Positions 36,777 through 46,801 of a stretch of 57,600 bases of DNA are shown here, piece after piece. Source of the stretch: an uncultured Coriobacteriaceae bacterium (GTDB taxonomy: Bacteria; Actinomycetota; Coriobacteriia; Coriobacteriales; UMGS124); contig CAZEAF010000002.1 in NCBI GenBank assembly GCA_964510125.1, positions 1 through 57,600 of the forward strand. Direction: 5' to 3'. The notes below the pieces were generated by a model, which worked only from the letters and a program-made list of their open reading frames with translations, had not been told where the DNA came from and made no database searches. How positions within the stretch are numbered: position 1 is the stretch's first letter; the number at the start of each line of letters is the position of its first letter. The position numbers were made by a program, and so were the translations under genes.

Positions 36777-37580
36777 TTGGTCCAGGGCGAGGGTTGGGAT
36801 GCGCGGGACACCCAGGCAATGAGTGCCTCTGAGCTGCGCCAGGCTTGCTCTGCCTGCTCCTTCGAGGACATGCCGGCGCTGGCGCAGGCCCTGCGCGTCG
36901 ATTGCAGGTCATCGGTCAGGGATTTGGCCAAGGGCCTCGACCGCCGTTATGAGCGTGAGAGGCGCGTGCGCGACCACACCGACGACCTCTACGACCACAT
37001 GCGCCAGCTTGGGGGACCAGGCCTAGTCCTGGGTCTCGACGAGGTCGGCAGGGGGTCGGTTGCCGGGCCCCTGCTGGTGGCCGCGGTGGCCCTGCCCGAC
37101 CGGCCGGAGGTCTGGGGCATCGACGACTCAAAGAAGCTGACCCCCGCCCGCCGCGAGGAGCTGGCCGCTCAGATTGCCCAGGTGGCCACGGCCATCGGCT
37201 TTGGCTGGGTCGAGCCAGCCGACATTGACGCCTGCGGCATGGCTGCCTCCCTGCGCGTGGCCATGACCAGGGCTATCGCCGATGCGGGTGTGGAGCCGGA
37301 TAGCGTGCTCATCGACGGCATGCCCGTCCACGTCCATCCCCGCGAGCAGACTGTCGTCCACGGCGACGGGACCGTAGCCTGCATAGCCGCCGCCTCCATC
37401 GTGGCCAAGGTCACCCGAGACGCCCTCATGATCCAGGCCGATGCCAGCTACCCCGGCTACTTCCTCGCCGAGTCAAAGGGCTATGCCTCGCCCGACCATA
37501 TCGCCGCCATCCGCGAACGGGGCCTCACCCCCTTCCATCGGGCCAGCTTCTGCCAGAACTTCCTGACCTCCCAGGGCTAG
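36777..37580 (+). CDS. rnhB: Ribonuclease HII (with N-terminal extension of about 70 aa)
   Basis: LGLDEVGRGSVAGPL and DDSKKL catalytic motifs. The TTG at 36777 sits 6 nt after GAAGGAGG. ATG 36819 is an alternative start. Confidence 0.85.
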   Translation: MVQGEGWDARDTQAMSASELRQACSACSFEDMPALAQALRVDCRSSVRDLAKGLDRRYERERRVRDHTDDLYDHMRQLGGPGLVLGLDEVGRGSVAGPLLVAAVALPDRPEVWGIDDSKKLTPARREELAAQIAQVATAIGFGWVEPADIDACGMAASLRVAMTRAIADAGVEPDSVLIDGMPVHVHPREQTVVHGDGTVACIAAASIVAKVTRDALMIQADASYPGYFLAESKGYASPDHIAAIRERGLTPFHRASFCQNFLTSQG

Positions 37581-37672
37581 CGCTTGGGCAAACGCGGCAG
37601 GCTGTGTGTCAGCTTGCGTGCGAATAGAGGCATCTAGCTGCGTATTTGCTGGGACTCAATCCAACCTCACAC

Positions 37673-37707
37673 CAGCCTGACAGCGTTTTTGTCAGGCTGC
37701 TTTTTTT
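37673..37707 (+). terminator. Strong intrinsic terminator after rnhB
   Basis: A perfect 10-bp stem CAGCCTGACA / TGTCAGGCTG with a 7-nt loop, then C plus TTTTTTT (37701-37707). Confidence 0.85.
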
Positions 37708-37793
37708 CAGGCGGGATTTCCCCCTTTTGTCAGATTTGGCCTGTGCCCCACGGCGCATCATCTCGGAAACGTTTTCCCGAGAAAGGAGATGCC

Positions 37794-38390
37794 ATGGAGG
37801 CAGTCGACAGAATCACCGGCACGGATGCGGGCCAGTTGTTGGCAACGGACGGCCCTGACCAGGTGGATGGGACCGACCGGATAGGCAGGCGGGGTGGCGA
37901 GGTTACCGCCTGCCATAGCGCGGACCCGCTCCTTGTCCCCAAGGTCTGCGACCCCCGGGAGCCCGACTGGGAGGAAGGGAAGGACCGCGAGGAGGTGGGG
38001 GAGAACGACATCCTTATGCGCCTCGACCCTGACAACCCTCACGACCTCGGCATCCTCGGCGAGGAGCTCACGGCCCGCTATCTGGTCGACCACGGCTACA
38101 AGGTGGTCATACGCAACTGGCGGTCTTCCTATGGCGAGGTCGACATCGTTGCCGAGGACGCCGGCGAGACCGTGCTGGTTGAGGTCAAGGCCCGCCGGGG
38201 AGGGGAGGCCGAGCCCGAGGAGGCGGTGGACGCCCGCAAGCAGGAGCGCTACCGGAAGATGGCCCTAGCCTACCTCATGCGCAACGATGATGTGCGTCGC
38301 ATCCGCTGTGACGTTTGCGCGGTCAGCGTGATACGGCCGGGCATGGCCCACATGCATCACATCCTCAACGCCTTCTCGTGGCAGTCATGA
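37794..38390 (+). CDS. YraN-family (UPF0102) endonuclease-like protein with N-terminal extension of about 85 aa
   Basis: GEELTARYLVDHGYKVVIRNWRSSYGEVDIVAED...LVEVKAR core. ATG at 37794 follows GAAAGGAG. Confidence 0.8.
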   Translation: MEAVDRITGTDAGQLLATDGPDQVDGTDRIGRRGGEVTACHSADPLLVPKVCDPREPDWEEGKDREEVGENDILMRLDPDNPHDLGILGEELTARYLVDHGYKVVIRNWRSSYGEVDIVAEDAGETVLVEVKARRGGEAEPEEAVDARKQERYRKMALAYLMRNDDVRRIRCDVCAVSVIRPGMAHMHHILNAFSWQS

Positions 38391-39913
38391 CGCGGCCGAC
38401 CTTTTCCCTCACCACCGCCATGATCTGGGGCATCGAGGCCCAGCCTGTGCAGGTGGAGGTCAGCATCTCGGGCGGGCTTCCGGGCATCGCCATCGTGGGC
38501 CGGCCGGACGCCTCTGTAGTGGAGTCCCGCTCGCGGGTGCGCTGCGCCATGAGGGCGGCCGGGTTCACGGTCCCGCGCGAGTCCGTGACGGTCAACCTGT
38601 CTCCCAGCGAGGTGCACAAGACGGGCACGGCCTTCGACCTGCCCATAGCCGTTGCCATCCTTGCTGCCACGGGCCAGGTTCCTCTCGAGGGTCTGGACAG
38701 GTCCCTCATCGTGGGCGAGCTCTCATTGTCAGGGGAGGTGAGGCCTGTGCGCGGGGCTTTGGCCTATGCAGATCTGGCCAGCCGCCTGGGCCTGCGCCTA
38801 ATCGGCCCCCGGGCCCACCTGACCAGGCGGGGCGGCGTATCCTTAGAAGGCCGTTTTGTGGAGACCCTGGCCCAGCTCAAGGCGGGCGTGGAGCGGGCCG
38901 GGGCGCCCCTGGGGGAGGATGGGGCGCCCCGCGAGCCGCCCACGGAGCCCGACTTTTCCGATGTGGCCGGCCAGGAGGTGGCCAAGCGGGCCCTGGTCGT
39001 GGCAGCGGCGGGAGGGCTGGGGGCCCTCATGATTGGGCCGCCCGGCGTAGGCAAGACCATGCTGGCCCGCTGCATGCCCTCCATCCTGCCGCCCATGGAC
39101 GAGCAGGAGACGTTTGAGACCGTGCTCATCCAGTCGGTTGCCAGCGTCTCGGACGCGAGGGTGGAGGCGGGGTTGCGGCCCTTCCGCGCACCCCACCATT
39201 CAGCCAGTTCGGCGGGGCTCATCGGCGGCGGGCGGCCCGTGACGCCCGGGGAGATATCGCTGGCCCACAACGGGGTCCTCTTTTTGGACGAGCTGGGCGA
39301 GTTCCCCCGCTCGACCCTGCAAATGCTGCGCCAGCCTATGGAGGAGCGGTGCGTGCGCGTGACGCGGGTGGAGGGGACCTACGAGTTCCCCTGCCGCTTC
39401 CAGCTCATTGCCGCTTCCAACCCCTGCCCCTGCGGCCATCTGGGCGACAAGCTGGCGAGCTGCACCTGCTCGCCCACGGCCATAGCCTCATACCGGTCCA
39501 AGCTCACAGGCCCCTTGGCCGACCGCATCGACCTCATCTGCCAGCTTGAGCGCCCTACCATTGACGAGATGATGGGCAGGGGGGCCGGCACGGGCTCGGA
39601 CAAGATGCGGGACCAGGTCTGTGCCGCCCGCGAGCTTGCCGGTTGGCGGCAGGCCCACATGGGCGAGGCCAATTCGGCGGGCGAGCGGGACGAGAGGGCC
39701 CACATAGCCCGCAGCGTGGCGCAGGCCCGCATGGCGCCCGATGCCCGGCGGGCCCTGGAGCAGGCGGCGGGGGCCAGCGCCCTGTCCGCCCGGGGAATCA
39801 CTTCGGCCATCAGGGTTGCCCGGGCCGTGGCCGACGTCGAGCAGTCCGAGGAGGTCCTGGCAGACCACCTCCTCGAGGCACTCGCCTACCGTGACAGGAG
39901 CGTGGTCGCATGA
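38387..39913 (+). CDS. YifB/ComM-family Mg-chelatase-like AAA+ ATPase
   Basis: Lon-protease-like N-terminal domain, Walker A MIGPPGVGKTM, and VLFLDELGEF. ATGA overlap with yraN. Confidence 0.9.
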   Translation: MTRPTFSLTTAMIWGIEAQPVQVEVSISGGLPGIAIVGRPDASVVESRSRVRCAMRAAGFTVPRESVTVNLSPSEVHKTGTAFDLPIAVAILAATGQVPLEGLDRSLIVGELSLSGEVRPVRGALAYADLASRLGLRLIGPRAHLTRRGGVSLEGRFVETLAQLKAGVERAGAPLGEDGAPREPPTEPDFSDVAGQEVAKRALVVAAAGGLGALMIGPPGVGKTMLARCMPSILPPMDEQETFETVLIQSVASVSDARVEAGLRPFRAPHHSASSAGLIGGGRPVTPGEISLAHNGVLFLDELGEFPRSTLQMLRQPMEERCVRVTRVEGTYEFPCRFQLIAASNPCPCGHLGDKLASCTCSPTAIASYRSKLTGPLADRIDLICQLERPTIDEMMGRGAGTGSDKMRDQVCAARELAGWRQAHMGEANSAGERDERAHIARSVAQARMAPDARRALEQAAGASALSARGITSAIRVARAVADVEQSEEVLADHLLEALAYRDRSVVA

Positions 39914-40845
39914 CCTACCGCAAGCTCGAGGGAAGGCGGACAATCATAGAGCGGGGCAGCGACGCCTATCCGCCCGGCCTCTTGGAGGTGGAGGACCCGC
40001 CCCGGCAGCTCTACGTCCTGGGCAACCCCGAGGCCCTCCTGCGTCCCAGCATTGCCATCATCGGGGCCCGCAAGGCCACCCCCTACGGGCTGGCCTGCGC
40101 ACGCATGGCCGCCACCTGCGCCGCAGACCTGCGCATCCAGGTGGTCTCAGGGGCGGCCATCGGCTGCGACCAGACCGCCCAGCGCGAGGCCGTGGACGGG
40201 GGTGTAAGCTCGGTGGCCGTGCTGGGGGGCGGTGCCGACGTGGTCTACCCGGCCAGCAGCGCGGGCCTGCTCGAGGACATCCTGACTCGCGACGGAGCCG
40301 TCGTCTCCCTGCAGCCTTGGGGGGCGCCGCCGGTGGGCTGGTCCTTCGTCAGGCGAAACCCTGTCATCGCCGGTCTGGCCAGAGCCCTGGTCATCTGCGA
40401 GGCGGGTATGCCCTCGGGTACCTTTTCAACCGCCGAGGCGGCCGAGGCCGCCGGCAGGGAGGTGTTGGTCTTCCCAGGTTCGGTCTTCTCCCCCAACTCG
40501 CGGGGCTCGAATTACCTGCTGGGCCAGAGCTCTACCTTCATGCCCGTCTGGGACCGGGCCTGCCTGGAGGTGGCCCTGGGCCGTACCTTCGGCCGCCTGG
40601 TGAGCCCGCGGTCCCAGACCGGGCCGGGTTATGCCGGCGCCGGCACGGGTGAGGTGGGCGAGCGGCTCCTGCGCATACTCGAGGCCTCTCCGGAGCTGCC
40701 CGGCGCCCTGGCCAGAAGTGCCCGCCTGTCGGCAGGCGAGCTCATGCGCCATCTGGGCGAGCTGGAGGTGCTCGGGCTGGTGCGGCGCCTGGCCGACGGC
40801 AGGTACTCGCCCACCGAGGCCTATTTTCTCCATCGCGTGAGCTAA
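39910..40845 (+). CDS. dprA: DNA processing protein DprA
   Basis: IAIIGARKATPYG and VVSGAAIGCD Rossmann-like motifs. ATGA overlap with the upstream gene. Confidence 0.9.
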   Translation: MTYRKLEGRRTIIERGSDAYPPGLLEVEDPPRQLYVLGNPEALLRPSIAIIGARKATPYGLACARMAATCAADLRIQVVSGAAIGCDQTAQREAVDGGVSSVAVLGGGADVVYPASSAGLLEDILTRDGAVVSLQPWGAPPVGWSFVRRNPVIAGLARALVICEAGMPSGTFSTAEAAEAAGREVLVFPGSVFSPNSRGSNYLLGQSSTFMPVWDRACLEVALGRTFGRLVSPRSQTGPGYAGAGTGEVGERLLRILEASPELPGALARSARLSAGELMRHLGELEVLGLVRRLADGRYSPTEAYFLHRVS

Positions 40846-40922
40846 GCCCGGCGCTACCCTTGTACAATCGATGGGAGACAGAGACCCTTGCCGGCGGGTT
40901 GCCGGGGGCGGGAGGAGCGGAC

Positions 40923-42296
40923 GTGGCTGGAAGCGCGGACAACAAAGGCAGGCAGGGGCGCGTGCACGTCATCGGCGGCGGCATCTCCGGCAGCGAGTGC
41001 GCCTTGGCCCTGGCAGCCCGCGGTCTGCCGGTCACCCTGGTGGAGATGCGACCCGGCAAGCTCACGGCGGCCCACACGGGCGCAGGCTTCGCCGAGCTTG
41101 TCTGCTCCAACTCGCTCAAGTCCACCCGGCCCGACTCGGCAGCTGGCCTGCTCAAGAGCGAGCTGGACCTGCTGGGTTGCAACCTGCTTCCCTTGGCCCG
41201 TCAGGCGGCGGTCCCGGCGGGCGGGGCCCTGGCGGTCGACCGCGACGTCTTTTCCGAGCTGGTGGGCCAGCGCATCGCCCAGAGCCCCCTCATTGAGGTC
41301 GAGCGGGCGGAGGTCCGTGAGATTCCAGGGGAGGGCGAAGTGGTCATAGCCGCCGGCCCCCTGTGCGCTGACGACCTGGCCGCTGCGGTGTCGGGGCGCT
41401 GCGGGGGCAAGAGCCTGCATTTCTTCGACGCGGCGGCCCCCATCGTGGAGGCAGCCAGCCTGGACAGGGGCATCCTCTTCGCCCAGTCGCGCTACGAGCG
41501 AGGCGAGGGGGCCGACTACCTCAACGCTCCCATGAGCCGAGAGGAATACGACGCCTTCGTCGACGAGCTGGTGGCAGCCCAGCGGGTGGTCCTGCGCGAC
41601 TTTGAGCGCCGGGACCTCTTCCAGGCCTGCCAGCCGGTGGAGGAGGTGGCCCGCACCGGCCACGACGCCCTGCGCTTCGGGGCCCTGAAGCCCGTGGGTA
41701 TCACCGACCCCCGCACGGGGCGGCGCCCCTGGGCCGTCGTGCAGCTGAGAGCCGAGAATCGGCAGGCCAGTGCCTACAACCTGGTGGGCTTCCAGACCAA
41801 CCTCACCTTTGGCGAGCAAAAGCGGGTCTTTTCCATGATTCCGGGCCTGAAGGGCGCCGAGTTCTTCCGCTACGGGGTCATGCACCGCAACACCTTTGTG
41901 GACGCCCCCCATTGTCTGGACCGGACCTTTGCCCTTCCGGGCGAGGAGCGGGTGCGCTTCGCCGGTCAAATCACGGGGACCGAGGGCTACGTGGAGGCAA
42001 TGGCGACGGGCCTCTTTGCGGCTATGAACGTCTATGCCCGCCAAAGGGGCCAGGAGCTTCCCGCCCTGCCCACGACTTCTGCCTTGGGGGCGCTCATCGC
42101 CTACGCCACCGACCCTGGGACCCAGGACTACCAGCCCATGCATGCCAACTTCGGCCTGGTGCCCCCGCTTAAGACCGATAAGAGGATGGGCAAGCGCGAC
42201 CGCTACGCCGCCTACGCCGACCGCGCCTTGGCCGACCTCAAAGCCTGGGTCGCGCGCAACGGCCAGCTTGCGGGCATCGCGGCAGGGGAGGCTTAG
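40923..42296 (+). CDS. trmFO: Methylenetetrahydrofolate--tRNA-(uracil54-C5)-methyltransferase TrmFO
   Basis: FAD motif VIGGGISGSECA, and FAGQITGTEGYVEA. The GTG at 40923 sits 5 nt after GGAGGAG. The ORF-track TTG at 40860 lacks an RBS. Confidence 0.85.
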   Translation: MAGSADNKGRQGRVHVIGGGISGSECALALAARGLPVTLVEMRPGKLTAAHTGAGFAELVCSNSLKSTRPDSAAGLLKSELDLLGCNLLPLARQAAVPAGGALAVDRDVFSELVGQRIAQSPLIEVERAEVREIPGEGEVVIAAGPLCADDLAAAVSGRCGGKSLHFFDAAAPIVEAASLDRGILFAQSRYERGEGADYLNAPMSREEYDAFVDELVAAQRVVLRDFERRDLFQACQPVEEVARTGHDALRFGALKPVGITDPRTGRRPWAVVQLRAENRQASAYNLVGFQTNLTFGEQKRVFSMIPGLKGAEFFRYGVMHRNTFVDAPHCLDRTFALPGEERVRFAGQITGTEGYVEAMATGLFAAMNVYARQRGQELPALPTTSALGALIAYATDPGTQDYQPMHANFGLVPPLKTDKRMGKRDRYAAYADRALADLKAWVARNGQLAGIAAGEA

Positions 42297-42299
42297 GTC

Positions 42300-43265
42300 A
42301 TGCCCACCGCAGCCACGGTCGAGGTCCCCAACCCCTTTGATGACGGGGCGTCCTTGGCCCAGGAGCGGGCCGAATTCCTCGACTACCTGACCTTCGCTCG
42401 GGGACTCTCTCAGCACACCGTGCGGGCCTACGCTGGCGATGTTGCGCAGTTTGTGGCCTGGGCCGATCGGCAGGGCATGGACGCCCTGAGCGCCTCCCGG
42501 ACTGACCTGCGCCGCTATCTGGCCTCCCGGTCGCAGCAGGGCGCGGCCCACACCACCATGAGCCGGGAACTCTCATCCATCCGGGCCTTCTTTGCCTGGC
42601 TGGTGCGGCAGGAAAAGGTAACCTCCAACCCCGCCGACTCCCTCAGCAGCCCTAAAATCGGCCGACACCTGCCCGCCGTCATCGACTCATCCGACATGGA
42701 CCGGCTCCTCTCGGTGAGCGACTTAGGGACGCCTCTGGGCCAGCGCGACCAGGCCATGCTGGAGCTCTCCTACGCCTGCGGCTGCCGTATAGCTGAGCTG
42801 GTGGCCCTAGACCTGGGCGACGTCGACCAAGGCCGGGCCCAGGTCATCCTCTTCGGCAAGGGCGGCAAGACCCGAATCGTTCCTCTCTACAAGGCAGCGC
42901 TGGACGCCGTGGCCGCCTACGTGCGTGACGCCCGCCCCGTCCTGGCTGCCCGCCGAAAGGGGCCCGACGACGGCCGCAAAAGCGAGAGGGCCCTCTTCCT
43001 CACGGCCCATGGTCTGCGTATGAGTACAGACGACGCCCGAAAGCGCTTCTACAAGCTGGCCCGGGCGGCAGGCCTTCGCGCCGACGCCTCGCCCCACGCC
43101 ATGCGCCACACCTTTGCCACCGACGTCCTCGCCGGCGGGGCCGACCTGCGCAGCGTCCAGGAGATGCTGGGCCACGCCAGCCTGTCCACGACCCAGATTT
43201 ACACCCATCTCACGCCCGAGCGCCTGCAGGAGGCCGCCCGCCAGGCCCACCCGCGGGGGGAGTGA
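42300..43265 (+). CDS. xerC: Tyrosine recombinase XerC/XerD family (chromosome dimer resolution)
   Basis: RHTFATDVLAGGADLRSVQEMLGHASLSTTQIYTH (R..HxxR..Y catalytic set), with conserved dprA/trmFO-xerC-rpsB context. Confidence 0.8.
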   Translation: MPTAATVEVPNPFDDGASLAQERAEFLDYLTFARGLSQHTVRAYAGDVAQFVAWADRQGMDALSASRTDLRRYLASRSQQGAAHTTMSRELSSIRAFFAWLVRQEKVTSNPADSLSSPKIGRHLPAVIDSSDMDRLLSVSDLGTPLGQRDQAMLELSYACGCRIAELVALDLGDVDQGRAQVILFGKGGKTRIVPLYKAALDAVAAYVRDARPVLAARRKGPDDGRKSERALFLTAHGLRMSTDDARKRFYKLARAAGLRADASPHAMRHTFATDVLAGGADLRSVQEMLGHASLSTTQIYTHLTPERLQEAARQAHPRGE

Positions 43266-43407
43266 GGGCAGGGCAGAGGCTTTCGTGTGCGCCGAGCCGG
43301 CCTGCGTCTTTGGAGGACAGGACCTCCTTTCGTGGAGAGACTGTGGCCACAGGCATCCGCGGGAGCGCACTTGCCTGCCCAAGCCGCAGGAAACGCTCCA
43401 AATTGGC

Positions 43408-43413
43408 TATAAT
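43408..43413 (+). promoter_or_regulatory. Candidate -10 element (TATAAT) for rpsB-tsf
   Basis: A perfect TATAAT lies 130 nt upstream of the rpsB ATG. The -35 region is weak (AGGAAA-like). Confidence 0.35.
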
Positions 43414-43542
43414 CGACCGGCTGTCTTTTAGGCAGCACCCATCAATCACGCGCGACGACCCTGCCGCATGGTGCCCGGGCGACCGGGTTGCGGGCCGGGG
43501 GATGACATCGCGCGGAAGCCGAACCAAACGGAGGTTTGCACC

Positions 43543-44394
43543 ATGGCACAGCAGATTACTATCGACACGCTCCTCGAGGCCGGTGTCCACTTCGGCCACC
43601 AGACCCGTCGTTGGTGCCCCAAGATGAAGCCCTACATCTTCGGCGAGCGCAACGGCATCTACATCCTCGACCTCAAGCAGACCATCATCAACGCCGACGC
43701 CGCCTACTCCTTCCTGGCCGAGACCGCCTCCAAGGGCGGCGAGGTCCTCTTCGTCGGCACCAAGAAGCAGGCCCAGGAGGCCATCGTCACAGAGGCCAAG
43801 CGCTGCGGCCAGCCCTACATCGCTAACCGCTGGCTGGGTGGCATGCTCACCAACTTCGTGACCATCCGCTCCCGCGTCGCCCGCATGGAGGAGCTCGAGG
43901 CCATGAAGGCCGACGGCCGCATGGACACCCTGCCCAAGAAGGAGCAGGCCATCCTCACCAAGGAGCTGGAGAAGCTCCAGGCCAACCTCGACGGCATCCG
44001 CAAGATGACCGTTCTGCCCAAGGCCATGTTCGTCGTCGACACCCGCCGCGAGGAGATTGCCATCCGCGAGGCCAACCGCCTGCACATCCCGGTCGTCGCC
44101 CTCATCGACACCAACTCCGACCCCGACGTGGTCGAGTACGGCATTCCTGCCAACGACGACGCTATCCGCTCCATCAACCTCATGACCTCCATCATCGCCG
44201 ACGCCATCCTGGCCGGCAAGGGTGCCACCGAAATCACCGCCGAGGAGATGGCTGCCCCCAAGGCCGAGGAGGCCCCCAAGGTCGAGGAGGCCCCCGCCCC
44301 CGCAACCGAGGACAAACCCCGCGCCATGACCCTCCAGGAGGTTTTGGCCCAGGGCAAGGCTGAGGCCGAGGCAGAGGCTACGAAGGCCGAGTAG
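43543..44394 (+). CDS. rpsB: 30S ribosomal protein S2
   Basis: LLEAGVHFGHQTRRW. ATG at 43543 follows ACGGAGG. Confidence 0.95.
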   Translation: MAQQITIDTLLEAGVHFGHQTRRWCPKMKPYIFGERNGIYILDLKQTIINADAAYSFLAETASKGGEVLFVGTKKQAQEAIVTEAKRCGQPYIANRWLGGMLTNFVTIRSRVARMEELEAMKADGRMDTLPKKEQAILTKELEKLQANLDGIRKMTVLPKAMFVVDTRREEIAIREANRLHIPVVALIDTNSDPDVVEYGIPANDDAIRSINLMTSIIADAILAGKGATEITAEEMAAPKAEEAPKVEEAPAPATEDKPRAMTLQEVLAQGKAEAEAEATKAE

Positions 44395-44445
44395 CGCACT
44401 TTGTAACTGCACGTCGTCCGCAAGGTCCGACAGAAAGGTAAGAGC

Positions 44446-45321
44446 ATGGCTCAAATCACCGCCGCCCTCGTTAAGCAGCTCCGCGAGATGACCAACTCGC
44501 CCATGATGGAGTGCAAGAAGGCCCTTGTCGAGGCTGACGGCGACATCGACGCCGCCGTCGACATCCTACGTAAGATGGGTGCCGCCAAGGTCGTCAAGAA
44601 GGCCGGCCGCGCCACCAACGAGGGTGCCATCATGGCCTACGTCAACGACGAGGGAACCGTTGGCGCCATCGCCGAGCTCAAGTGCGAGACCGACTTCGTG
44701 AGCGGCACCGCCGCCTACAAGGAACTCGTCACCAAGATTGCCAAGGCCGCCGCTGAGAGCGACCCCGCCGACCTCGAGGCTCTCAAGGCTGCCCAGGTTG
44801 AGGGCACCACAGTCGCCGACCTCATCGCCGAGGGCATCCACAACATGGGCGAGAACATGACCCTCGCCCGTTTCGCCCGCTTCGCCTCCACCGATGGCTA
44901 TGTGGCCTCCTACATCCACATGGGCGGCAAGATTGGCGTCCTCGTCCAGTTCGGTCTGGGCAAGGCTGAGACCCGCGCCAACGAGGAGTTCAAGACCGTG
45001 GCCCACGACGTGGCCATGCAGGTCGCTGCCGCCCACCCCGTGGCGGTCTCCCGCGAGAGTGTGCCCCAAGAGGTCATCGACCACGAGCTGTCGATTTACC
45101 GCGCCCAGGCCGCCGAGTCCGGCAAGCCCGAGAACATCCAGGAGAAGATTGTCAACGGCTCCCTGGAGAAATACTTCAAGGAGAACACACTGCTTGCCCA
45201 GCAGTTTGTCAAGAACCCCGAGCAGTCCATCGAGCAGTACATCGCGGCTGCCGAGAAGTCGGTCGACGACAAGATTACGGTCAAGGGCTTCTTCTGCTTC
45301 GGCCTGGGTGACGCCGAGTAG
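44446..45321 (+). CDS. tsf: Elongation factor Ts
   Basis: VKQLREMTNSPMMECKKAL UBA-like N-terminus, located downstream of rpsB. Confidence 0.95.
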   Translation: MAQITAALVKQLREMTNSPMMECKKALVEADGDIDAAVDILRKMGAAKVVKKAGRATNEGAIMAYVNDEGTVGAIAELKCETDFVSGTAAYKELVTKIAKAAAESDPADLEALKAAQVEGTTVADLIAEGIHNMGENMTLARFARFASTDGYVASYIHMGGKIGVLVQFGLGKAETRANEEFKTVAHDVAMQVAAAHPVAVSRESVPQEVIDHELSIYRAQAAESGKPENIQEKIVNGSLEKYFKENTLLAQQFVKNPEQSIEQYIAAAEKSVDDKITVKGFFCFGLGDAE

Positions 45322-45353
45322 GGTTCTGACTTGTATCTTTGTTCTGCACAAAA

Positions 45354-45381
45354 GGGCGTCACTTCGGTGGCGCCCTTTTTT
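45354..45381 (+). terminator. Intrinsic terminator after tsf
   Basis: A 9-bp stem GGGCGTCAC / GTGGCGCCC closing a TTCG tetraloop, followed by TTTTTT (45376-45381). Confidence 0.85.
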
Positions 45382-45452
45382 GTGAGCTCGGCGTGACCCG
45401 GGCAATCTCTGGCAGCCGAATCGGGAGCTGTAGCCCCCATCCCCGTGCAGTC

Positions 45453-45461
45453 TGCTAGAAT
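45453..45461 (+). promoter_or_regulatory. Candidate extended -10 promoter (TGCTAGAAT) for the pyrH operon
   Basis: A TGnTAnnnT match lies 55 nt upstream of pyrH. There is no convincing -35 element. Confidence 0.3.
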
Positions 45462-45516
45462 CAAACGGAATTGTGGACATCGGTTATGACGCCGCAAGGG
45501 CGAAAGGTGGATGCTC

Positions 45517-46251
45517 ATGGGCGATTACCAGTACAAGCGCGTGCTCATCAAACTCTCAGGCGAGGCCCTTATGGGTAACCGCGGCTACGGGATTGACCCC
45601 GAGGTCGCCAGCCGCATCGCCGACGAGATTTCCCACGTGGCCCGTCAGGGGGTGCAGGTTGCCATCACCGTGGGCGGCGGTAACATCTTCCGCGGCCTGG
45701 CTGGCTCGGCCAACGGCATGGAGCGTGCCCAGGCAGACTACATTGGCATGCTGGCCACGGTCATGAACGCCTTGGCCCTTCAGGACGCCTTCGAGCGCGA
45801 CGGCATGGTCTGCCGCGTCATGTCAGCCATCGAGATGCAGTCAGTCTGCGAGACCTACATCCGTCGCCGCGCCATCGCCCACCTTGAGAAGGGCCGCGTC
45901 GTCATCTTCGCCGCCGGCACGGGAAACCCCTACTTCACGACCGACACCACAGCGGCCCTACGTGCTTGCGAGATTGGCGCCGAGGTCCTGCTCAAGGCCA
46001 CCAAGGTCGACGGCATCTACGACAAAGACCCGGTCAAGTTCCAGGACGCCAAGCGCTTTGACCGCATCACCTATATGGACGTCATCACCCGCGAGCTCAG
46101 CGTCATGGACTCCACGGCCATCACGCTGTGCAACGACAACAGCATGCCCATCATTGTGTTCAACATGGAGGTCGACGGCAACATCGACCGTGCCCTGAAA
46201 GGCGAGGACGTCGGCACGGTCGTTTACAGAGAGGACGCCAGCAATGAGTGA
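45517..46251 (+). CDS. pyrH: UMP kinase
   Basis: [12 protein letters not shown] and VGGGNIFRG motifs. The ATG at 45517 sits 6 nt after GAAAGGTGG. ATG 45511 is the alternative. Confidence 0.95.
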   Translation: MGDYQYKRVLIKLSGEALMGNRGYGIDPEVASRIADEISHVARQGVQVAITVGGGNIFRGLAGSANGMERAQADYIGMLATVMNALALQDAFERDGMVCRVMSAIEMQSVCETYIRRRAIAHLEKGRVVIFAAGTGNPYFTTDTTAALRACEIGAEVLLKATKVDGIYDKDPVKFQDAKRFDRITYMDVITRELSVMDSTAITLCNDNSMPIIVFNMEVDGNIDRALKGEDVGTVVYREDASNE

Positions 46252-46801
46252 CGAGATCCAGCAAGAGGCTGCTGAGCACATGGAGAAGGCCATCGCGGCC
46301 ATGAAGGCCGACTTTGGCAAGGTGCGCACCGGGCGGGCGAACCCCGCTGTCCTGTCCGACCTCAAGATTGACTACTACGGCGTGCCCACACCCATCACCC
46401 AGGTCGCCGGCATCAAGGCCACCGACGGCCACAGCCTGGTCATCGACCCCTGGGACAAAAAGAGCCTGCGCGACATTGAGCGAGCCATCATGGCTTCCGA
46501 CCTGGGCATCACGCCTGCCAACGACGGCATCGTCATCCGCCTGCCCTTCCCGGCCCCCTCTGAGGAAGGCCGCCGCGAGCTGGTCAAGCAGTGCCGCGAA
46601 ATCGCCGAGCAGACCCGCGTCTCAATCCGCAACGCCCGCCGCGACGCCAACAGCCGCTACGAGCGGGCCAGCAAGGACGGGGACATGGCCGAGGACGACG
46701 CCAACCGCGGCAAATCCGACATCCAGAAGCTCACCGACGAGCACATCGCCAAGGTTGACCAGATTCTGAAGGCCAAGGAGTCCGAGGTCATGGAGGTCTA
46801 A
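46244..46801 (+). CDS. frr: Ribosome recycling factor
   Basis: [14 protein letters not shown] and RNARRDAN motifs. ATGAGTGA overlap with pyrH. Confidence 0.95.
   Translation: MSDEIQQEAAEHMEKAIAAMKADFGKVRTGRANPAVLSDLKIDYYGVPTPITQVAGIKATDGHSLVIDPWDKKSLRDIERAIMASDLGITPANDGIVIRLPFPAPSEEGRRELVKQCREIAEQTRVSIRNARRDANSRYERASKDGDMAEDDANRGKSDIQKLTDEHIAKVDQILKAKESEVMEV

Noticed and set aside
42300-43265. The tyrosine recombinase as a marker of an integrated mobile element.
   Set aside because: It sits in the conserved dprA/trmFO-xerC-rpsB housekeeping context. I saw no flanking direct repeats, tRNA target or phage/transposon genes. It is best read as chromosomal XerC/XerD.
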